Shown here in pieces: positions 1 through 11,080 of a stretch of DNA of 64,000 nucleotides (position 1 is its first letter; each line of letters begins with the position of its first letter). The DNA comes from Deltaproteobacteria bacterium. Its GTDB lineage: Bacteria; Desulfobacterota; Desulfomonilia; UBA1062. Made by a program: the position numbers and the translations under genes. A model generated the notes under the pieces. The model had not been told where the DNA came from. It did not search any database and worked only from the letters and a program-made list of their open reading frames with translations. The stretch spans positions 11,124-75,123 of the forward strand of contig JAKPPU010000068.1 in the NCBI GenBank assembly GCA_029547185.1, given 5' to 3'.

Positions 1-1641
1 GGTGACGTCGGTAAGGAAGCTCAGCACTGCCGGCCTGCCGTAAAGTAAAATCCTTATTGCGCTGATTTCCAGCCAGATAGTTTCCCCATTCCTGGTAACG
101 GCCCTGAAAGAGTAGCTTTCAGGCAGCGGGAGCCCCTCGATACGTTTCCTGTGTCTGTCCAGTATCATCTCGCGGTCATCAGGATGGATGGTTTCGATGA
201 TGGGTCTTGAAACCAGTTCTTCCGGGGAATATCCGATCATCTCTGAAAATTTGGGGTTCACATACTGGAATTTTGCATCCTGGGTTATGATGATGCCCTC
301 ATTCGCATTGTCTACGACCTGCCGGTACTTCTCCTCGGATTTCCGGATGGCCTCTTCGGCCTTTCTCCGCTCCACCACTTCTTCCTCGAGCTTCCGGCTG
401 CTCTCTTCGAGCTCTCTCGTACGCTCCTTCACGAGCTCATCCAGGTGGTCGCGGTGCCTGCGCAGCTCCTCTTCCGCACGGTTGCGCTCTGTGACATCGG
501 GGCTGCTGCCCACATATCCGAGAAACTCTCCCGAGGCCGAGAAAAACGGGTTGCCGAACGACTCGATCCACCGCCACTCACCGTCAGCACGCCGTAGTCT
601 GGCCTGGGCATGGAAGGGCTTTCTCTCTTCTATAGCCTTCTGAAAGGTGCTCACATATCGATCCATGTCTTCAGGATGCACGAAACGAAGCCAGTTCGAG
701 CCGGTCGCCTTTTCCATGGTCGTGCCGAAGAACTCGAGATATGCCCGGTTGCCGAACCTGATCTTGCCGTGGGTATCCGTGACCCAGATCATGAGGGGAG
801 AGCTGTCCGCCATGATGCGGAAGTGCTCCTGGCTCCTGGATATCTGCTTGGCGGCCTCTTTGCGGTCCGTGATGTCGATGAGCATTCCCCCGACGCCGAT
901 GATCTGCTCGGATGCATCACGGATAGGGAACCTTGAGGTGATGAACCAGCGGTCCCGGCCCTCGATCCGCAGCTTTTCTTCCGTCTCAATGGGTTTGCCT
1001 GTTTCGAGAACCCTGGAATCGATTGCCGAGATCTGTCCGGCAAGATCGGACGGCCAGAGATCGGCCGCGGTTTTCCCCAGCAGTGTATCACGAGGAACCT
1101 TCAAGTCCTGTACAAAACGATTGTTCACGAACGTATATCGCGCATCCTTGTCCTTGAAGAAGATAGGGAGTGCCGCATTATCGACCAGGGACTCAAGGAG
1201 CTGGCGTCCCTTGCGCAACTCCTGCTCTGTCACCTTGCGGTCGGTAATATCTTCCACAACGCCGGCCACGAGTACGACTTCATTGCGGTCGTTCAGCCTC
1301 GGCTTTCCCCTGATCCTGATCCATCTGACCTCTCCGTCTTCCCTGCGGATCCGGCATTCAAAATCGATTACTGCGCGATCCGTTTTCGCGGATCTGATCT
1401 CGTTATCCGCTTTCTCCCTGTCTTCCGGCAGGATATGCTCGAGAAGCTTCTCATAGGTCCATTCGAGAAGAGGTTCACTGTACCCGAAGATCTGGGCAAG
1501 CCTCCGCGAACTCCTGGCCTTTCCCGTGCGCAGGTCGAGTTCCCAGATACCGAACTCGCCGGCTTCGAGTGCTGTGTCCAGGAATTCGCTGCTCTCTTTG
1601 AGAGAGTCTATGATTTTATCTCGATCCAGTTTCTTGGCCAT
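1..1641 (-). CDS. Multi-PAS-domain sensor protein, N-terminal 547 codons (3' end lies beyond the window start)
   Basis: Absent from the ORF track because it has no stop inside the window. Manual reverse-complement translation from ATG 1641-1639 reads MAKKLDRDKIIDSLKESSEFLDTALEAGEFGIWELDLRTGKA... with no stop down to position 1 (1641 nt = 547 codons). It has four PAS-like modules. The first three end in junctions VVEDITDRKVTEQEL, MLIDITDRKEAAKQI and SSPDVTERNRAEEEL, followed by a coiled-coil linker. The S-rich + strand ORFs 188-643 and 647-1456 are its antisense shadows. Confidence 0.8.
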   Translation of the reverse strand, partial: MAKKLDRDKIIDSLKESSEFLDTALEAGEFGIWELDLRTGKARSSRRLAQIFGYSEPLLEWTYEKLLEHILPEDREKADNEIRSAKTDRAVIDFECRIRREDGEVRWIRIRGKPRLNDRNEVVLVAGVVEDITDRKVTEQELRKGRQLLESLVDNAALPIFFKDKDARYTFVNNRFVQDLKVPRDTLLGKTAADLWPSDLAGQISAIDSRVLETGKPIETEEKLRIEGRDRWFITSRFPIRDASEQIIGVGGMLIDITDRKEAAKQISRSQEHFRIMADSSPLMIWVTDTHGKIRFGNRAYLEFFGTTMEKATGSNWLRFVHPEDMDRYVSTFQKAIEERKPFHAQARLRRADGEWRWIESFGNPFFSASGEFLGYVGSSPDVTERNRAEEELRRHRDHLDELVKERTRELEESSRKLEEEVVERRKAEEAIRKSEEKYRQVVDNANEGIIITQDAKFQYVNPKFSEMIGYSPEELVSRPIIETIHPDDREMILDRHRKRIEGLPLPESYSFRAVTRNGETIWLEISAIRILLYGRPAVLSFLTDVT

Positions 1642-1808
1642 AAGAGATTTCCCTGTGAGGTGAAAAGATCGAAGGTTACTTAAATTTAGACTTCTCACGA
1701 CAGGAAAGAGATTCATTGCAAATGAATCCGATCGGCATGCCGTTCACATCAATCCCCCCATTGACAAACAACCCCACATCGATTACGACACCAGACGGAG
1801 AAAAATAT

Positions 1809-3607
<1,799 letters not shown>

Positions 3608-3608
<1 letters not shown>

Positions 3609-4741
3609 TGGAGCAGACGAAGCCGGCTCCCGGCCTCTATATCCACGTCCCGTTCTGCGTCTCGAAGTGCGGCTACTGCGACTTTTACTCGATCACGGAT
3701 ACCGGCCTCGTCGAGGCGTATCTCAAAGCCCTGATCAAAGAAATCGGCTCCTACCGGGAAGAGTTCATCGGGTTCGACACGGTCTACCTGGGCGGCGGAA
3801 CGCCCTCGCTCCTGAACGCCGGCCGGATCGGGACGATCCTCGAAGAGGTTCACCGGACCTTCAGGATCGCGGCCGGGGCAGAGATCACTATCGAGGCCAA
3901 TCCGGCCGACCTGGGGAAGGATGAGATGGCCGTTCTGAGAAGCCTCGGGGTCAACCGGATCAACATCGGGGTCCAGTCTTTCGACGACAAGGAGCTCGCT
4001 TTCCTGGGAAGAAGGCACGACTGCAGATCTGCAGCCGCGTCGCTCGAAGCGGCACATGATGCCGGTTTCGCTAACATCGGCCTCGACCTCATCTACGGGC
4101 TCCCCGGACAGGCGTTCAATGCCTGGCAGACCTCGCTCGAAAAGGGCTTGAGCTTCCATCCCGATCACCTGTCCTGCTACGAGCTCGATCTCAAGGTAGG
4201 CACGCCCCTCGGCAGGAAGTACGAGCAGGGAATGCTCGAACCCCGCACCGATGAATCGCAGCACGAATTCTTCATGAAGACCTCCGGGATTATCGAGGAT
4301 GCAGGATACATCCACTATGAGATCTCGAACTTCGCCAGGGGCATCGAAAAGGCTTCCCGCCACAACCGGAAGTACTGGGACCATACGCCGTACCTCGGCC
4401 TCGGGCCGTCGGCCCATTCCTTCAAGGGCACGAGGAGGTGGTGGAACCACGAGTCGCTGCCCGATTACCTCCGCGATCTGAAAGAGGGCAGACGCCCCGT
4501 AGCTGCCTCCGAAGACCTCGGCACTGAAGATCTTGCAGTCGAAGCCCTGTTCCTGGGATTGAGGATGAAAAAAGGGATCGACCTCGATCGCTACCGGAGT
4601 CTCTACGGCATTGACCTCGTGAAGGAAAAGGGACCCCGGCTCAGTGAATGGGTGAGGGCAGGTCTCATCGAGATCGATGCCCACACGATCCGTCCCACCC
4701 GCAGCGGCATGGCCGTAGCCGACACCCTCGCCCTGCTCTAG
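3608..4741 (+). CDS. hemW: Radical SAM family heme chaperone HemW (HemN-like, oxygen-independent coproporphyrinogen oxidase family)
   Basis: The ATG at 3608 overlaps the lepA stop (TGATG). MEQTKPAPGLYIHVPFCVSKCGYCDFYS carries the CxxxCxxC radical-SAM motif. lepA-hemW adjacency is a common synteny. The ORF-track start 3467 lies inside lepA and is rejected. Confidence 0.9.
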
Positions 4742-4777
4742 GGTCATATACCTCTCTCCTCGGGGCGTGGCCAATGA

Positions 4778-4967
4778 ATGCAGGGAGTACCCTTCCTTCA
4801 CCGGAAGCGCTTTTTGAATGCATCCTATGGCTTGCCTTACGGGCGGCCCTGTAAACTCGCCTCCCTTTCAGGGAGGCTCAAACAGTACAGGGCCAAGCGC
4901 CCTCCAGGCTTCGCCATGGATGCAAATCAAAAAGCGCTTAACGGTTCATCCAGGGTACTCCCTGCAT
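4778..4967. repeat. 190-nt extended imperfect palindrome (rod-like hairpin; MITE/REPIN/ERIC-like element or structured RNA)
   Basis: Nested complementary arms, all Watson-Crick: 4778-4792 ATGCAGGGAGTACCC / 4953-4967 GGGTACTCCCTGCAT; 4805-4817 AAGCGCTTTTTGA / 4927-4939 TCAAAAAGCGCTT; TGCATCC(T)ATGGC / GCCATGGATGCA; 4845-4853 GGCCCTGTA / 4886-4894 TACAGGGCC. The apical hairpin is 4859-4865 GCCTCCC, loop TTTCA, 4871-4877 GGGAGGC. Confidence 0.85.
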
Positions 4968-5135
4968 CCCTTTCCCCGAACGAATTCGCGATCCACACAG
5001 TTGTTTTGCGGCATCATATTACTATTATTATCTTAGACAACTTCCTCGGAATCATCGATGTATCACCATGCCCATACGTCCTGTAAATCCCTGTGAAGCG
5101 AAACAAGTCTTCTAAACTCAAGCTGGAGGAACACT

Positions 5136-5444
5136 ATGAACATCTATATTGGAAATCTGTCGTATGATGTGACGAAGGAGGATTTGCTCAGTGCGTTCAA
5201 AGAATTTGGTGAAGTGATCTCCGCGTACGTGATCAGCGACCGATCTACCGGCGTTTCCCGAGGATTCGGATTCGTTGAAATGCTCTCAAAGGATTCGGCC
5301 CGGGCAGCCATTGCCGGATTGAACGGCACGCTGCTCAAAGGGCGGGCAATAAATGTCAACGAGGCCCGTCCGCGTCAGAACAGCCTCAGCAGATCAGGTA
5401 GTCAAGGCAGATCCGGCAGGGGAGGGGGAGGAAGGCGCTATTAA
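5136..5444 (+). CDS. RNA-binding protein with RRM (RNP-1) domain and Gly/Arg-rich tail
   Basis: MNIYIGNLSYDVTKEDL (RNP-2) and RGFGFVEM (RNP-1), with C-terminal GRSGRGGGGRRY. GGAGG lies 7 nt upstream of the ATG. Confidence 0.9.
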   Translation: MNIYIGNLSYDVTKEDLLSAFKEFGEVISAYVISDRSTGVSRGFGFVEMLSKDSARAAIAGLNGTLLKGRAINVNEARPRQNSLSRSGSQGRSGRGGGGRRY

Positions 5445-5476
5445 CCGCTGCAGACTTCCTAAAAAGGAGGTTTTTC

Positions 5477-5788
5477 GTGGTTGAAAGGGGAACACGCTAC
5501 AAATGCTACAAGTGTGAAACGGGTTTCTACGACCTGTGCAGGCCTCAGCCGATCTGCCCCTCGTGCGGTGAGGACCAGAACAACAGAGAGGTCGTACACG
5601 CGTTCAAACGCAAGAAAAGACGCTCATACTCCAAGGCAGAGCCGGAGGTCCATGCCCTTCCTGAAGAAGGCGAAGAGATGCACGATGAGAGAGAGCGTTT
5701 GAGCGAGTCTGAAGAAGACAGGGATGAATACATCCTCGAGAAGGAAGACATTGCACTCGAGGAGGGCACGGAAGATGATTCTAAATAG
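5477..5788 (+). CDS. FYDLN_acid-type zinc-ribbon protein (TIGR02300-like)
   Basis: GTG start follows AAGGAGG. The N-terminus YKCYKCETGFYDLCRPQPICPSCG is a CxxC...CxxC ribbon with the FYDL motif, followed by a long acidic tail (EEGEEMHDERERLSESEEDRDEY...). Confidence 0.7.
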   Translation: MVERGTRYKCYKCETGFYDLCRPQPICPSCGEDQNNREVVHAFKRKKRRSYSKAEPEVHALPEEGEEMHDERERLSESEEDRDEYILEKEDIALEEGTEDDSK

Positions 5789-5878
5789 CGGCTCGTAACG
5801 CAGTTTTCAAGAAGACGCAGCGCCGAACGACCTGAAATGCTGCCCCCTTGGGGGCATCATTTCCTGGCTTGTCCGTCT

Positions 5879-7126
5879 TTAGAGCAGCCCCTTCCGGGCG
5901 AGGAGCATTTCCATGAAGGCATCTGCCCGTGTCTGGAACTGTGCGACCGAGAAATTGCGCTCGTCCATGTGGTCGGCGTCGATGATGAGCGAGGGGACGC
6001 CCTGTGCCTCGAGCTCGCGCTTGATGTCCATCTGGCCGAGCGTGATGGGCACGCAGGACTTGTTCCGGTGGAGGATGGCGCCGTCGATGGAGTATTCCCG
6101 GCAGGCTTTCAGGACCATCTCCTTTCGCTTCCTGATGGAGACGCAGGAGACGAGGGGATACGAGATGAGGGTTTTCATGGCGATCGCCTCGAGGGGGTTG
6201 CTCACATCGAGGCGGAGCGACCATGCGGCCGAGTAGGTCTCCGCCACCACGACGCCTCCCATCTTCTCGAAGTAGTTGAAGAGCCCCATATTGTACCACA
6301 GGGGGATATTGTCCCAGAAGAGGCGCACCTTTTCGTTCTCGATCACGCCGGTGCCTCCCTCGGCACGTTCTTTCAGCTCGTCCCGCACCCGGGTAAGGTA
6401 GTCGACGGCGATCTGTGTCCCCTGCCTCGTGACCATGACGAACATGATGCCGATCTCGGAGGCGGAGATGGGAGTGGGTATGTACCGGCGGAATGCCATG
6501 ATCTCGTCCCACAGCTCGCAGGCCCTGTCCGAGAGGATGACGGTCTCCCTGAGCCTGTCCATGTCGAGCCGCCTGCCCGTTGCCTCCTCGAGGAACGCGA
6601 TGAGCCGCTTCATCTCGCTCACGGCATAGTCCACGTGATATCTCGAGATGTTCTCGATGGCGACCTGCGGGATATCCCCCTTAAAGGCCTTTGCAGCCGG
6701 GAACCTCCGCAGCAGGGCCTGGAAGATCTTCATGACGGGTGCGCAGCCGCCATTGGGAGGCAGCATGAGATCGGGCTCGGGAAGGCCGCCCAGGGGGTTT
6801 CCCTCTTCTCCCATCATGCCGTGGACATAGCCGATGATGTTTCGCAGGTAGCCGCAGAGGTCTCTCGAATAGCCCATACCCTCGGAGACCTCGAAGTTCT
6901 GCCGGGTGAGGCCGAAGGCGGCGCAGACCGGCGACCAGTTCTCCGGAAAGACCGGCTGGAGATCCATGGCATAGAAGAGTTCGATGGCCCCGTTCATGGG
7001 CGGCATCCAGCCCACGGGCTTCCCCTTCGATTTTGCCTCGTGGCATTCCTGGTAGTACTCGGCAATGATCAGGGGGAGCTCTTTTGCGGTCTGCAGCCTT
7101 TTTTTGGATTTTGCGCTCTTCTCCAT
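5879..7126 (-). CDS. 2-hydroxyacyl-CoA dehydratase / BcrC-BadD-HgdB family subunit
   Basis: 415 aa. KPVGWMPPMNGAIELFYAMDLQPVFPENW and the overall pattern are typical of HgdB/BcrC-family Fe-S dehydratase components. The ATG at 7126 lies 5 nt after the stop of the upstream paralog. Confidence 0.8.
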   Translation of the reverse strand: MEKSAKSKKRLQTAKELPLIIAEYYQECHEAKSKGKPVGWMPPMNGAIELFYAMDLQPVFPENWSPVCAAFGLTRQNFEVSEGMGYSRDLCGYLRNIIGYVHGMMGEEGNPLGGLPEPDLMLPPNGGCAPVMKIFQALLRRFPAAKAFKGDIPQVAIENISRYHVDYAVSEMKRLIAFLEEATGRRLDMDRLRETVILSDRACELWDEIMAFRRYIPTPISASEIGIMFVMVTRQGTQIAVDYLTRVRDELKERAEGGTGVIENEKVRLFWDNIPLWYNMGLFNYFEKMGGVVVAETYSAAWSLRLDVSNPLEAIAMKTLISYPLVSCVSIRKRKEMVLKACREYSIDGAILHRNKSCVPITLGQMDIKRELEAQGVPSLIIDADHMDERNFSVAQFQTRADAFMEMLLARKGLL

Positions 7127-7130
7127 TCAC

Positions 7131-8249
7131 TCACCCCCTGATCATCTCGAAGAACCCTTCGAGCCTCGTCCTCATCTGGCCTTCGTTGATGCCCGCTTCT
7201 TCCATCTCCACCATGATGCTCGGGACATTCATCCTGCGCAGGCCCTCGTTCAGGAACGGATGATCGGCCAGGTGCGGCGTGCAGAATTTCTGGAAGAGGA
7301 AGACGACGGCTTGCGCCCCGGAGATCTCCTTGAGGTGCATGATCCTGTCGAGCCGCTCTTCCGCGCTCGACCTGGTGGGACAGGGGAACCGGCTCATGGT
7401 CCTGTCGATGAGGCGATCGATGGGGTCGCTGCCTTTTCCGTCAGCCGGCTCGAAGCTCCGGAGCCCTGTGCAGAGATCGTCGGCCACGACGAGGCCGCCC
7501 GATTGCTCGATGATATCGAGCGTCTTCCCGTCCTCGATGAGGCTGCCCGATACGAGCACCGGGATTCCGTCACCACGGGATGATCGATTGCCGGGAAGCG
7601 CCTTCTTGAGCTCCAGAAGCATCGGGTAATACCGTTCGGGAGGCGTGATGAAGCCTGCCTGGACCACGGAGAGGAACTCTCCCGCGCTCAGAGGCAGACA
7701 GCGATTGTAGCGAAGGGTATAGAGCTCGCCCATGAGCGAGCGGATAGAGGCATACAGATCCAGTGCCTCTTCGAGGCGCTTCATCGAAAAGCTGCCTCCT
7801 GCCCGGTCGAGCTCCCGGACGAGCTCGAGCAGCCCCGACCTCAGGAACGACCGCGACGAAGGCTGATCGAGGTAGGGCAGGGAAAGAAGATGAAAGACCT
7901 CGCCCCCGATGTTTTCCTCCCAGATATTGACGAGGCCGCAGGTGACGTCGCAGGTGTACCCCTGAACGATTCCCGTAAGGCACTCATAGGTTCCGGAGAG
8001 GCCCTTTTCGACAGCCTTTCTCACGTAGGGGCAGACGAAGTCGGGGACGAGGGTGTAGGCCTTCTCGACCACATCGGCATCGCCCATGATCCGCACCGGG
8101 ATGAAGCCCGATGCATGGATCAGCTCCACCGGTGTATAGGTGCAGAAATATCCTATGAGCCTGCTTCCCTGCGACGCGAGCTCGCGGAGCTTCTCATCCC
8201 TTCCTTCTGCTGTATCTTCAAAGGGGCCGGCCGGTCCGGACGCCATCAA
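7131..8249 (-). CDS. 2-hydroxyacyl-CoA dehydratase / BcrC-BadD-HgdB family subunit (partner of 5879-7126)
   Basis: 372 aa. LIGYFCTYTPVELIHASGFIPVRI and later conserved Cys residues (DDLCTG, KFCTPH) fit the family. Starts are TTG 8249 or ATG 8246, behind GAAGGAGGG. Confidence 0.8.
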   Translation of the reverse strand: MMASGPAGPFEDTAEGRDEKLRELASQGSRLIGYFCTYTPVELIHASGFIPVRIMGDADVVEKAYTLVPDFVCPYVRKAVEKGLSGTYECLTGIVQGYTCDVTCGLVNIWEENIGGEVFHLLSLPYLDQPSSRSFLRSGLLELVRELDRAGGSFSMKRLEEALDLYASIRSLMGELYTLRYNRCLPLSAGEFLSVVQAGFITPPERYYPMLLELKKALPGNRSSRGDGIPVLVSGSLIEDGKTLDIIEQSGGLVVADDLCTGLRSFEPADGKGSDPIDRLIDRTMSRFPCPTRSSAEERLDRIMHLKEISGAQAVVFLFQKFCTPHLADHPFLNEGLRRMNVPSIMVEMEEAGINEGQMRTRLEGFFEMIRG

Positions 8250-8288
8250 CCCCGCCCTCCTTCATATTCTATGCATTACAATCAGTTC

Positions 8289-8297
8289 ATTATACCA
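8289..8297 (-). promoter_or_regulatory. Candidate extended -10 sigma-70 promoter (TGGTATAAT) for the dehydratase gene pair
   Basis: The reverse complement of 8289-8297 is TGGTATAAT (TGn + perfect TATAAT). It sits about 40 nt upstream of the start codon and just downstream of the terminator at 8340-8380. No good -35 element was seen. Confidence 0.35.
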
Positions 8298-8339
8298 TAC
8301 ACCCGGGCTCTTGGCTTGAGAAAACTTCAAAAAGTGTTG

Positions 8340-8380
8340 AAAAAGGGAACGGACCGCATCACAAGCCGCGGTCCGTTCCC
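8340..8380 (-). terminator. Rho-independent terminator after the His/Arg-rich secreted protein gene
   Basis: 13-bp perfect stem GGGAACGGACCGC (8345-8357) / GCGGTCCGTTCCC (8368-8380). On the minus strand it is followed by CTTTTTCAACACTTTTTG. Confidence 0.7.
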
Positions 8381-8408
8381 AGTGCGAAGGTAGGGTGGTT
8401 TTTTCGTG

Positions 8409-8786
8409 TCAGCGCCGGGAGCCGGCCCTGTCCCCGCGAGAGCCGTTGTTTCTGCCGGAGTCTTTGCCTTGGTGTTTTCTGTCATGATCGCGGTCGAACC
8501 GGTCGTTCCGCCAATGCTTGCCATTGTCCCAGCGGTGAGCCGGAGCATAACGATGATGACGAGGTGCGTATGCCCAGTGGCCTGGCGCGTGCACGCGGTG
8601 GCCCCCATACCAGTGGTGCCTCTCCACGACACACACAGTGCGCGGGCAGGGGCGCATGTTCGATGCCTCGAGATAGAAACCGGGCGTCCCTATGGAGACA
8701 GTAGCCTGTGTTCGGGCTTCAGCGGTCTGGGAAAGAAAGATCGTAGAAACCGCCATGCAGATGAATGCTATCGTCACCTTCCTCAT
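8409..8786 (-). CDS. Small secreted His/Arg/Trp-rich protein, function unknown
   Basis: GAGGAGG lies 6 nt upstream of the ATG. The signal peptide is MRKVTIAFICMAVSTIFLSQTAEA. The mature part contains HHWYGGHRVHAPGHWAYAPRHHRYAPAHRW (three AP-x-H units) and a basic tail. Confidence 0.65.
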   Translation of the reverse strand: MRKVTIAFICMAVSTIFLSQTAEARTQATVSIGTPGFYLEASNMRPCPRTVCVVERHHWYGGHRVHAPGHWAYAPRHHRYAPAHRWDNGKHWRNDRFDRDHDRKHQGKDSGRNNGSRGDRAGSRR

Positions 8787-8861
8787 ATCGTCCTCCTCGT
8801 ATTTTTACCCATGAAGACGATCGTGGCGAGGAAAAAGTCGACAGCTCTGCTGAATCTTTTT

Positions 8862-10121
8862 TCAGATCTTCGGAGAGGGCTTCACACCGAAGCGTTTTCT
8901 GTTCCGGCTGATCTCGAGGGCTGTCTTGAAGCCTTTGTCGCGAACGGCAAAGAGCTTCAGGCCGAGCCCGCTCATGTTGAAAAAGTGCCTGCCGTACTTT
9001 TTGAGCTGGGCTTCGTCGATCTCGAACCCGAGCCCGGGAAGCGTTGGCGGCGTGAGGCTTCCCTTCCGGTGGAGGAAGGGCTGAACGAGGAGGCCGTCCC
9101 TCTTCTCGACCGTCCACGAAGGCGGGCTGAAGGGATACTCGAGGGTCATTCTATCCGTGAAGCGGCTCGCAATGAACATCTGCAGATTGATCGCGAAGCC
9201 GATGCCGTTCGTCCAGGTGTGGGGGGAGTAGAGCAGGTTATGCTCCCGGCAGAGCCTGATCACCTCCATGGTCTGGCCGATTCCCCCTGCCATGACGGCG
9301 TCGGGCTGGAAGATGTGGTAGCACTTCCTTTCGATCATCATCCTGAGCTCGGGCAGCCCGCTCGAGTGGAGCTCTCCGCCGGAGATGGGCACCTTGCTGT
9401 ACGCAGCGAGCGCGGAGAGGCTGTCGTAGTCATCCATGGGGAGCGGCTCCTCGATCCAGGCCACCCCGAGATCGGCGCAGGCATCGCTGAAGTATCCGGC
9501 CCGCTTGAGGTCCCACAGCGGTGCGTCGTTCACGATGGTCACCCGCCAGCCCTGATTGGCGTCGACGCCGATCTTCATCTTGTCTCCGAAAGCCTTCGCC
9601 ACCGCCTCGACCTGGCGGATGTCCTCCCTGACGTCGAAATCGTGGACCCTCAGCTTCACGCTCCGGAATCCTTCTTCATAGCGCCTCCGGACCTCTTCGA
9701 CCCTTTCGCCGGGTCCTTTCACCTCGCCGGTGGACGCATAGAGCTCGACTGGCACGGCACGGGCGCCGAGCAGCTCGTATACCGGCTTGTTTTCGAGCTT
9801 GCCCTTGATGTCCCAGAATGCGGGCTCGATCCAGTGTGAGCGGATGCCGAGATACGACATCTCGCGAAGCCTCTGCTGCATGAGGGAGATATCGGTAGCG
9901 TCGTTGTCAAGCAGGTAGGGTGCGATGAGATCGCCGATGCCCTTGCGCTCGGTCGAGATGGCAGGACCTGCCGAGTAACCTGTGACACCGCTCTTCGTGG
10001 TGACGCGGATCAGGTCGAACCGGTTCTCGGTCTGGGGGTAGCCGGGTATCCAGCTCGGATAGAAAGGTGTGTCCAGGGGTATGCGTACGTGGTACATCTC
10101 GATGCGGGAAATTTTGCTCAT
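8862..10121 (-). CDS. Mandelate racemase / muconate lactonizing enzyme family (enolase superfamily) protein
   Basis: MSKISRIEMYHVRIPLDTPFYPSWIPGYP... is an N-terminal capping-domain pattern, and the barrel region (KIGVDANQGW, WIEEPL) is typical of the superfamily. I chose the ATG at 10121 because GAGGAGG lies upstream of it; the ORF-track start is 10181. Confidence 0.78.
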   Translation of the reverse strand: MSKISRIEMYHVRIPLDTPFYPSWIPGYPQTENRFDLIRVTTKSGVTGYSAGPAISTERKGIGDLIAPYLLDNDATDISLMQQRLREMSYLGIRSHWIEPAFWDIKGKLENKPVYELLGARAVPVELYASTGEVKGPGERVEEVRRRYEEGFRSVKLRVHDFDVREDIRQVEAVAKAFGDKMKIGVDANQGWRVTIVNDAPLWDLKRAGYFSDACADLGVAWIEEPLPMDDYDSLSALAAYSKVPISGGELHSSGLPELRMMIERKCYHIFQPDAVMAGGIGQTMEVIRLCREHNLLYSPHTWTNGIGFAINLQMFIASRFTDRMTLEYPFSPPSWTVEKRDGLLVQPFLHRKGSLTPPTLPGLGFEIDEAQLKKYGRHFFNMSGLGLKLFAVRDKGFKTALEISRNRKRFGVKPSPKI

Positions 10122-10202
10122 AAGGCCTCCTCTTAAAAAGCGTTCACTGCCAAGTATAAGATGAAAACGATCAAAGGACAATGGCCGGGATACGGCAGGA
10201 GA

Positions 10203-11015
10203 TCATGCAGGCTCGCAGATGGCCTTGAAGAACGTATAGCAGAAGACGCCGTCCTGTCCGGCCGTGCGCTCGAGATCGCGTATGCCCTGATCGAACGTGT
10301 CCTGATCGATCATGCCCGCACGGAGGGCCTTGTCCCTGATGCCTTCGACCATGGCGGTGAAGGTGTTCTTTGTAAATCCCTCCACGAGATCGGGCTTCCC
10401 GGAATCGACATACACCATCCGCGGAGATACGTGGACGTTCTTGAACCCGGCCTTTTTAAGGAGAGGATAGAGCTCGCGGCCAATGAGCGCATTTCCGCCC
10501 GCTGCCGCCTGGAGAGCGATCTGGCAGGCGATGGCCTTTTTCGCCGCCTCGCTGTCCGGGTAAAAATATGCCGACCCGTGATCCCCCTCGATTACGGTGA
10601 GGGTGCCGCCCGGCCTGATGAGCTTCCCGAGGTTCACGAGGGCATCGATAGGCCTGGCAAGGTGCTCGAGAACGAAGCAGACGAACACGTGATCGAAGCA
10701 CCCCTTCTGAAACGGAAGATCGAATATGTCTGCCTGCCGGAACTCCACATTGGTGATGCCTGCCTGACGCACCCTCTCCTCGGCCTGCGCGAGGGATTCC
10801 TTCGAGATGTCGACTGCGGTTATGCGGGCGGCCGGGCTGTTTCCCGCAATGAAGACCGTCTGCGCACCCGTGCCGCACCCGGCCTCGAGCACGAGGCTGC
10901 CGGGAGGAAAGGACGTATCGCAGTGGAGAATGCCGGCAAGCGTCTCAGCCTGGTCTCTGAGACGTTCGGTCTCCCTCTCCGAATACCCGTGGATATAGCC
11001 GCTCACGGACAGCAC
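10203..11015 (-). CDS. Class I SAM-dependent methyltransferase
   Basis: Motif I VLEAGCGTGAQT, followed by ITAVDIS and DHVFVCFVLEHL. GTG start. Confidence 0.85.
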   Translation of the reverse strand: MLSVSGYIHGYSERETERLRDQAETLAGILHCDTSFPPGSLVLEAGCGTGAQTVFIAGNSPAARITAVDISKESLAQAEERVRQAGITNVEFRQADIFDLPFQKGCFDHVFVCFVLEHLARPIDALVNLGKLIRPGGTLTVIEGDHGSAYFYPDSEAAKKAIACQIALQAAAGGNALIGRELYPLLKKAGFKNVHVSPRMVYVDSGKPDLVEGFTKNTFTAMVEGIRDKALRAGMIDQDTFDQGIRDLERTAGQDGVFCYTFFKAICEPA

Positions 11016-11080
11016 CTCACACTCACCCAGCGACGGGGCCTTGCCCGCGGGAACAAGCCGTCACCGGTGAGAAGGGGGAA

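Noticed and set aside
188-1456. Plus-strand ORFs 188-643, 610-936 and 647-1456 at the window start.
   Set aside because: They have Ser/Leu/Arg-rich low-complexity translations. The minus strand carries an uninterrupted 547-codon PAS-domain reading frame over the same DNA.
4778-4967. Interpreting the 190-nt palindrome as 6S RNA (ssrS).
   Set aside because: The length and rod shape fit. However, I see no large central bubble, no G-U pairs that would indicate strand-specific RNA selection, and no similarity I can recognise to known 6S sequences. I kept it as an open alternative that needs an Rfam scan.
4778-5086. ORFs 4778-5086 and 4818-5036 in the hemW to RRM-gene intergenic region.
   Set aside because: They start inside or run through the palindromic element and lack an RBS. 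Their reading frame is simply a by-product of the inverted repeat.
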